Origin: an uncultured bacterium
GTDB lineage: Bacteria; Oederibacteriota; Oederibacteriia; Oederibacteriales; Oederibacteriaceae
Reading direction: 5' to 3'
Length of the DNA stretch: 64,000 nt
Assembly: GCA_965112635.1 (NCBI GenBank)
Contig: OZ218778.1
Span: 2,080,001-2,144,000 of the forward strand
A model generated the notes under the pieces. The model did no database searches and was not told the origin of the DNA. It saw only the letters and a program-made list of their open reading frames with translations. Made by a program: the position numbers and the translations under genes. Shown piece by piece: positions 62,438 through 64,000 of this stretch (position 1 is the first letter of the stretch; each line of letters begins with the position of its first letter).

Positions 62438-62466
62438 TTGACAATATCCATCTTTTACGCTACAAT
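62438..62466 (+). promoter_or_regulatory. Near-consensus sigma70 promoter of the small-HTH operon
   Basis: TTGACA-17 nt-TACAAT. Confidence 0.7.
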
Positions 62467-62563
62467 AATAAATAAGATTCGGATATTAGTAATAGTAGAA
62501 ACCTTTTAAATTAAAGGATTATTTGAACATTGTATTACCATCATATATTATTGCATAGGTAAA

Positions 62564-62803
62564 ATGAGGCTAAATGATATGAAAAATAAAGGCAATTTAA
62601 CATTGGAGTCAACAAACAAGCTTTTGATGGTATTGATAGCTCTTCTCTTAAGACGGAAAGAAGAAAATATTGCTACTCTTAGACAGCAGGTTAAAACTTT
62701 AAGCGATTTAGGTCTAAAGCCATTGGTGATAGCAGAAATATTAGGAAGATCAAGTAACTATATAAATAAGGAAATTTATAGTCTAAAAAAGGAGGAAAAA
62801 TAA
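62564..62803 (+). CDS. Small helix + HTH protein, type A
   Basis: LESTNKLLMVLIALLL...LSDLGLKPLVIAEILGRSSNYI; start may be 62579. Confidence 0.75.
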   Translation: MRLNDMKNKGNLTLESTNKLLMVLIALLLRRKEENIATLRQQVKTLSDLGLKPLVIAEILGRSSNYINKEIYSLKKEEK

Positions 62804-62806
62804 ATT

Positions 62807-62995
62807 ATGGGAAAGCAGAATCAAATTAAAGAGAAAGTAGTTGAAAATCTATTGCGCGATCTACTAATTGTGCAGCTTGGTCTTGCCGGTCTGACACAGC
62901 ATCAGATTAGAGAAATTGTGCAGGTTGATATACATCAAGTAAATCGAATTGTAAAACATTTGAGAGGAGGAAAAAATGAAAAGATCAAAATCTAA
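62807..62995 (+). CDS. Small helix + HTH protein, type B
   Basis: AGGAGG RBS; LLRDLLIVQLGLAGLTQHQIREIVQVDIHQVNRIV. Confidence 0.75.
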   Translation: MGKQNQIKEKVVENLLRDLLIVQLGLAGLTQHQIREIVQVDIHQVNRIVKHLRGGKNEKIKI

Positions 62996-63155
62996 AACAA
63001 TTGATCAGAAATTGGACGTTGTTGTTGATCTTTTACGCCATTTACTTGTGTTGGAGTTGCATAAGGAAGGTGTAATTCAGGACAATATTTGCAGACAACT
63101 TCATATAACAAAGCAAACAGTTGTCGATATGTTGAAGGGAGTTAAACATGAGTGA
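62976..63155 (+). CDS. Small helix + HTH protein, type B' (59 aa, absent from the ORF track)
   Basis: Translated by hand: MKRSKSKTIDQKLDVVVDLLRHLLVLELHKEGVIQDNICRQLHITKQTVVDMLKGVKHE; AGGAGG RBS; paralogous to 62807. Confidence 0.78.
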   Translation: MKRSKSKTIDQKLDVVVDLLRHLLVLELHKEGVIQDNICRQLHITKQTVVDMLKGVKHE

Positions 63156-63384
63156 AAAAATACTCGAAGATATATCTAATAAGCTGAACATATTAATTTC
63201 ACTATCAATAAAACAATTAAATGGGGATAAGGATTTTAGTAATAAATCAACGCGGAAACGGGGTGTTGGTGATTATGCAAGATACCTGGCTAATTATGGA
63301 ATTGATGCAAAAGAAATATCAAGGATACTTAATGCTCCTTTACAAAGCATAAGAACACTTTTAACACCAAAGCGGAGTAAATGA
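63148..63384 (+). CDS. Small helix + HTH protein, type A'
   Basis: LEDISNKLNILISL...LANYGIDAKEISRILNAPLQSI; paralogous to 62564. Confidence 0.75.
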   Translation: MSEKILEDISNKLNILISLSIKQLNGDKDFSNKSTRKRGVGDYARYLANYGIDAKEISRILNAPLQSIRTLLTPKRSK

Positions 63385-63385
63385 A

Positions 63386-64000
63386 ATGTCGCGGCCCCGT
63401 TTTCTCGATTTAAAAATAATGACAAAAATTGCAAATAAAATTAGAAAAAGTGTAAAAAGAGTTAATAGTTTGGTGAGTAAAAAGGCTAGTAAGTATAGAA
63501 TTTCCACAAAAGCAGCTTTGGCGCTGGTGGCGAAAGATTATAATGTCCCAACAACAGTTTACCAGAATAAATTGGAACCATCCGAGCGCGAAGAGTTTCG
63601 TAGTACTCTATTATTAGCAAATAACATAAATGATCATGGAAGTAAAAAGAAAAAAGTTGTCTCTCAATATCGGCAGAAGCAACAAAAATTCAAAATACTT
63701 GATGCTCCCGGATTATTATCAAAAGATTTGCAGTCGATCGATGGGTTTTTTGGTATAGCAGTTCTATTTATTGATCTCGACGATTTTAAATTTCTCAATT
63801 CAAATTTTACTGAGACTGTTGTTGATAAAGAGATACTGCCATCGGTGCATAATTTGCTAAAACGTTGCGTAAATTATTATGGGTATGCTTATGCAATGGG
63901 TGGAGATGAGTTTGCATATCTACTTCCAAATTGCACACAAAAAATGGCGATTGAATTTGCAAAAGCAGTTCGTAAGGAGATTGAAAGACTACAATTTTCT
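63386..64000 (+). CDS. Basic helical N-terminal domain fused to a divergent GGDEF domain (3' truncated; absent from the ORF track)
   Basis: Frame open for 205 codons to the window end; AVLFIDLDDFKFLN...AYAMGGDEFAYLLP; GGAG RBS. Confidence 0.85.
   Translation, partial: MSRPRFLDLKIMTKIANKIRKSVKRVNSLVSKKASKYRISTKAALALVAKDYNVPTTVYQNKLEPSEREEFRSTLLLANNINDHGSKKKKVVSQYRQKQQKFKILDAPGLLSKDLQSIDGFFGIAVLFIDLDDFKFLNSNFTETVVDKEILPSVHNLLKRCVNYYGYAYAMGGDEFAYLLPNCTQKMAIEFAKAVRKEIERLQFS

Overview
Bacterial chromosomal window, almost entirely + strand, from a diderm, probably anaerobic, poorly characterised lineage (outer-membrane barrels, lipoproteins, rubrerythrin, anSME). Taxonomy cannot be fixed from sequence alone. 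Layout: (1) 1-12.1 kb, AT-rich end of a flagellar export cluster (fliPQR-flhB-flhA-flhF, FapA/DUF342, FliK-like, FlhB-like), with no flhG or fliA at their usual positions. (2) 12-22 kb, TPR/YidD-like genes, lipA, a PfkB kinase, two aminotransferases, hom-thrC. (3) 22-31 kb, an envelope-gene insert with REP-like motifs. (4) 31-48 kb, apgM-lysC-cimA-valS-nadC-birA, a second insert (P-type ATPase, rubrerythrin, Nudix, U32), then coaX, UDG and a deacetylase. (5) 48-56.5 kb, three URO-D/MtaA-like proteins, an MBL hydrolase, anSME and two sulfatases. (6) 56.5-64 kb, an accessory/defence-like island: membrane wHTH protein plus a miniature secretin, VRR-NUC nuclease, ArsR, a type II RM pair, and repeated structured intergenic elements with compensatory base changes. 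The strongest candidate for a new system is at the right edge: a translationally coupled operon of four tiny paralogous helix+HTH proteins (A-B-B'-A', one missing from the ORF track) followed by a basic helical domain fused to a divergent GGDEF domain that runs off the window. No rRNA, tRNA, CRISPR array, integrase or intact transposase was seen. All family assignments are by eye from motifs; no searches were run.
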